DNA of 64,000 nucleotides from Cirrosporium novae-zelandiae (Eukaryota): NCBI GenBank assembly GCA_026023565.1, contig JAPETS010000003.1, positions 496,001 to 560,000 of the forward strand, read 5' to 3'. Shown piece by piece: positions 61,916 to 64,000 of this stretch (position 1 is its first letter; each line of letters starts with the position of its first letter). The notes under the pieces were generated by a model. It saw only the letters and a program-made list of their open reading frames with translations, ran no database searches and was not told where the DNA came from. The position numbers and the translations under genes were made by a program.

Positions 61916-63169
61916 ATGTCGCGGACCTGCAAACAATGCCGTGACAGGCATATAAAGTGCTCGCGCGACGGCCACAGCCCCACATGCCATGAATGTGCAG
62001 AAGTCGGCCTAAATTGCTCCAACACCATGTCTTTACCTCCAGGTCCGAGCGGGAAGAGGCGGTGCGATCAGTGCGTCCAAAAGCATACACGATGCGACAT
62101 TCGCCCCGGCTTTTCCTGTGGAACCTGCGAAGATTTAAGACGTCCTGAATGTTCTCATGGCACATTCAAAACCGAGTTCAAGACAGAAGTAAAGCCAACA
62201 AGCAATATGAAGGCTAACGTGGTTAAGCCCCCCATGAATCGGTCGTTTCGAGAAGATTCGATGGTATCCCAGGGTCAGTTCGAAGAGTATGTGCCTCCTC
62301 ACACCCCATGCGCTTCCCTAAAGGCAAGTCGCAACTGGATAGTCGCCAAATTTATATTGCGGTTAACCCACGTGCTAATTATCACCAGCTTGGAATTTAA
62401 CTTGGAAACTCGGCGGTTACATGTTGGCTACTGGCCTGACGGAACTGAAGCCACCTACCGGATCTATGCCGGAACACACCCTTCGCGCCCGGCGTCAGGC
62501 TTCTATTACTACGCAAATACCTCGAAACAAGGATCAAGAGAAAACATCCGAGTCTGGGTACCTGCCATCCAAGAGCTGTTTGACCACACCATCGGAAGAG
62601 AACGAGACCGCGAACGGAAACACAAGCAGGATCTAGCTGAAGTCTGGTCCACCTTTATGAAAATCTATGGGCTCGAAAACGAAACCATCCCCATAACCAA
62701 CGGAAAAGCCCCCATATCATTTGAACCACCCTCGAAAAAGCGGAAGATGTCTGATGCTGATGCGCCCAACCCCTCCATTCGCGACGGCCGAAAGACCCAC
62801 ATGATCGAGTCCCTCACCACGAGCGACGACGGAGACACCATCTCCATGAACGGAGAAGAAAACAACAACTACTGCTACCCCGGACCCCACCAAAACCCTT
62901 TCGACACAGGACGCTCCACGAAATTCCGCCGCTCCCTCGGCATAACTAAGGGGCCATCCTCGGTCGACAAAACTGGCGGCCTCCAAAATGCCCACCTAAA
63001 ATTCGCAAAAGAGGTTCTCAGGCGCGCCCACCAGCTAGGACCCTCCGGCGAGATCTTCAAGGACCTCCTCGTCGACAACCTCGAAGAGCTACAATCACAA
63101 TACGAATCCGAATTCGCGCTGCGCTTCGAAACGGAACTGAGCAATTTCGCTCGGGAGCTTAATTCCTAA
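61916..63169 (+). CDS. Protein with two tandem Zn2Cys6-like clusters (putative transcription factor)
   Basis: CKQCRDRHIKC..CHEC.....C and CDQCVQKHTRC..CGTC......C; PPSKKRK NLS-like motif; probable in-frame 102-nt intron 62287-62388. Confidence 0.75.
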   Translation: MSRTCKQCRDRHIKCSRDGHSPTCHECAEVGLNCSNTMSLPPGPSGKRRCDQCVQKHTRCDIRPGFSCGTCEDLRRPECSHGTFKTEFKTEVKPTSNMKANVVKPPMNRSFREDSMVSQGQFEEYVPPHTPCASLKASRNWIVAKFILRLTHVLIITSLEFNLETRRLHVGYWPDGTEATYRIYAGTHPSRPASGFYYYANTSKQGSRENIRVWVPAIQELFDHTIGRERDRERKHKQDLAEVWSTFMKIYGLENETIPITNGKAPISFEPPSKKRKMSDADAPNPSIRDGRKTHMIESLTTSDDGDTISMNGEENNNYCYPGPHQNPFDTGRSTKFRRSLGITKGPSSVDKTGGLQNAHLKFAKEVLRRAHQLGPSGEIFKDLLVDNLEELQSQYESEFALRFETELSNFARELNS

Positions 63170-64000
63170 AAAAGGACAGATTTCCCTTCCACCCCCCCCT
63201 TTTACCCAACGCGGGGGTTAAATCAATACGTTTATATTGTGTGTGTGTTCGATAAACAAAACAAAACATGTTACATCCCGCCTTTTATATATATGCATGC
63301 TTGCGCTTGCCTTGTCTTGCTTTATGCCCTTTGTCTATCGAATCAAATATAACGGCGAAAACACACACACACGACCCATCCAGATCCAGATCAGCTTTAT
63401 CAGCTTTTTTTCTTTAAAAAAAAGAAAACGTGTGCGCCCGTCTATTCATGGATCAGACTTTCCAACTTTTTTTTCGCTTCGGAATCATTTATAGTGGTGG
63501 TGCTAAAAACTACTCCTACCTGTCCTTTAAATTACTGTGCAGATGCGTGATTCTTAGAGCTGCTAGAGGTATAACCCCCCCTTGCTCTTCTTCCCTCGGG
63601 CCTTTGCCCGATGGTTACAAACCCCCCTTCATATCTACAACCCACATCCACAAAAAAGCCTGACTAACCAATACCACCACAGCGACACCCCCCACCAACC
63701 CACCAACCAACCAACTGACTATATCTGCAACCCCACACGCAATGTACAACAACAACTCTAATCTACCACCACCACCATCCCATCCATATCCTTCCAAAAA
63801 GTCAAAAATCAAAGGGGCGGGGGATTCTATTTTCCAGGTCAGGAAGGATGATAGTATTATGATGGCGCTCTTGGTCGGCTGATGATGGACTTAACGATTT
63901 CAGCTTTTTTTTCTTTTATGGATTGCCCATTACACATGTATTATTATTATTAGTTATTACTTCTTAAACGGGTTGGAGGATGGATGGCTAGGCTACTATA

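Noticed and set aside
1..64000. Starship captain (DUF3435 tyrosine recombinase), transposase, reverse transcriptase or CRISPR array
   Set aside because: No ORF with recognisable motifs for these and no regularly spaced repeat-spacer array seen

Overview
Eukaryotic DNA from a filamentous ascomycete (Pezizomycotina-type short GT-AG introns with CTRAC/CTAAY branch points, a dispersed 5S rRNA copy and an intron-containing tRNA). Bases ~1.2-49.3 kb look like an accessory, partly decayed region lying between a degenerate 5S rRNA copy (1201) and a tRNA-Gly(GCC) (49326). It carries several head-to-head gene pairs in which both partners are pseudogenes, an AIF/AMID-like oxidoreductase, a hAT-type MITE with an 8-bp TSD, a copper module (ferric/cupric reductase, Ctr transporter and a three-exon 24-aa Cu-metallothionein missing from the ORF track), LTR relics, a beta-lactamase-family hydrolase, an alpha/beta-hydrolase-NB-ARC-TPR NLR, an AsaB/CmcJ-like oxygenase, an L-amino-acid-oxidase-like gene, an MFS transporter and a HET / membrane-protein locus. 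Right of the tRNA are adenylosuccinate synthetase, an AKR pseudogene, a secreted FAD oxidase, an acyltransferase and a double Zn2Cys6 protein. The most striking item is a seven-exon gene (52216-55095) that splices in frame into an ~853-aa galectin + zinc phospholipase C + six-blade fucose-lectin chimera with no obvious signal peptide, a candidate glycan-targeted defence toxin. All calls come from manual reading and motif recognition; no searches were run.
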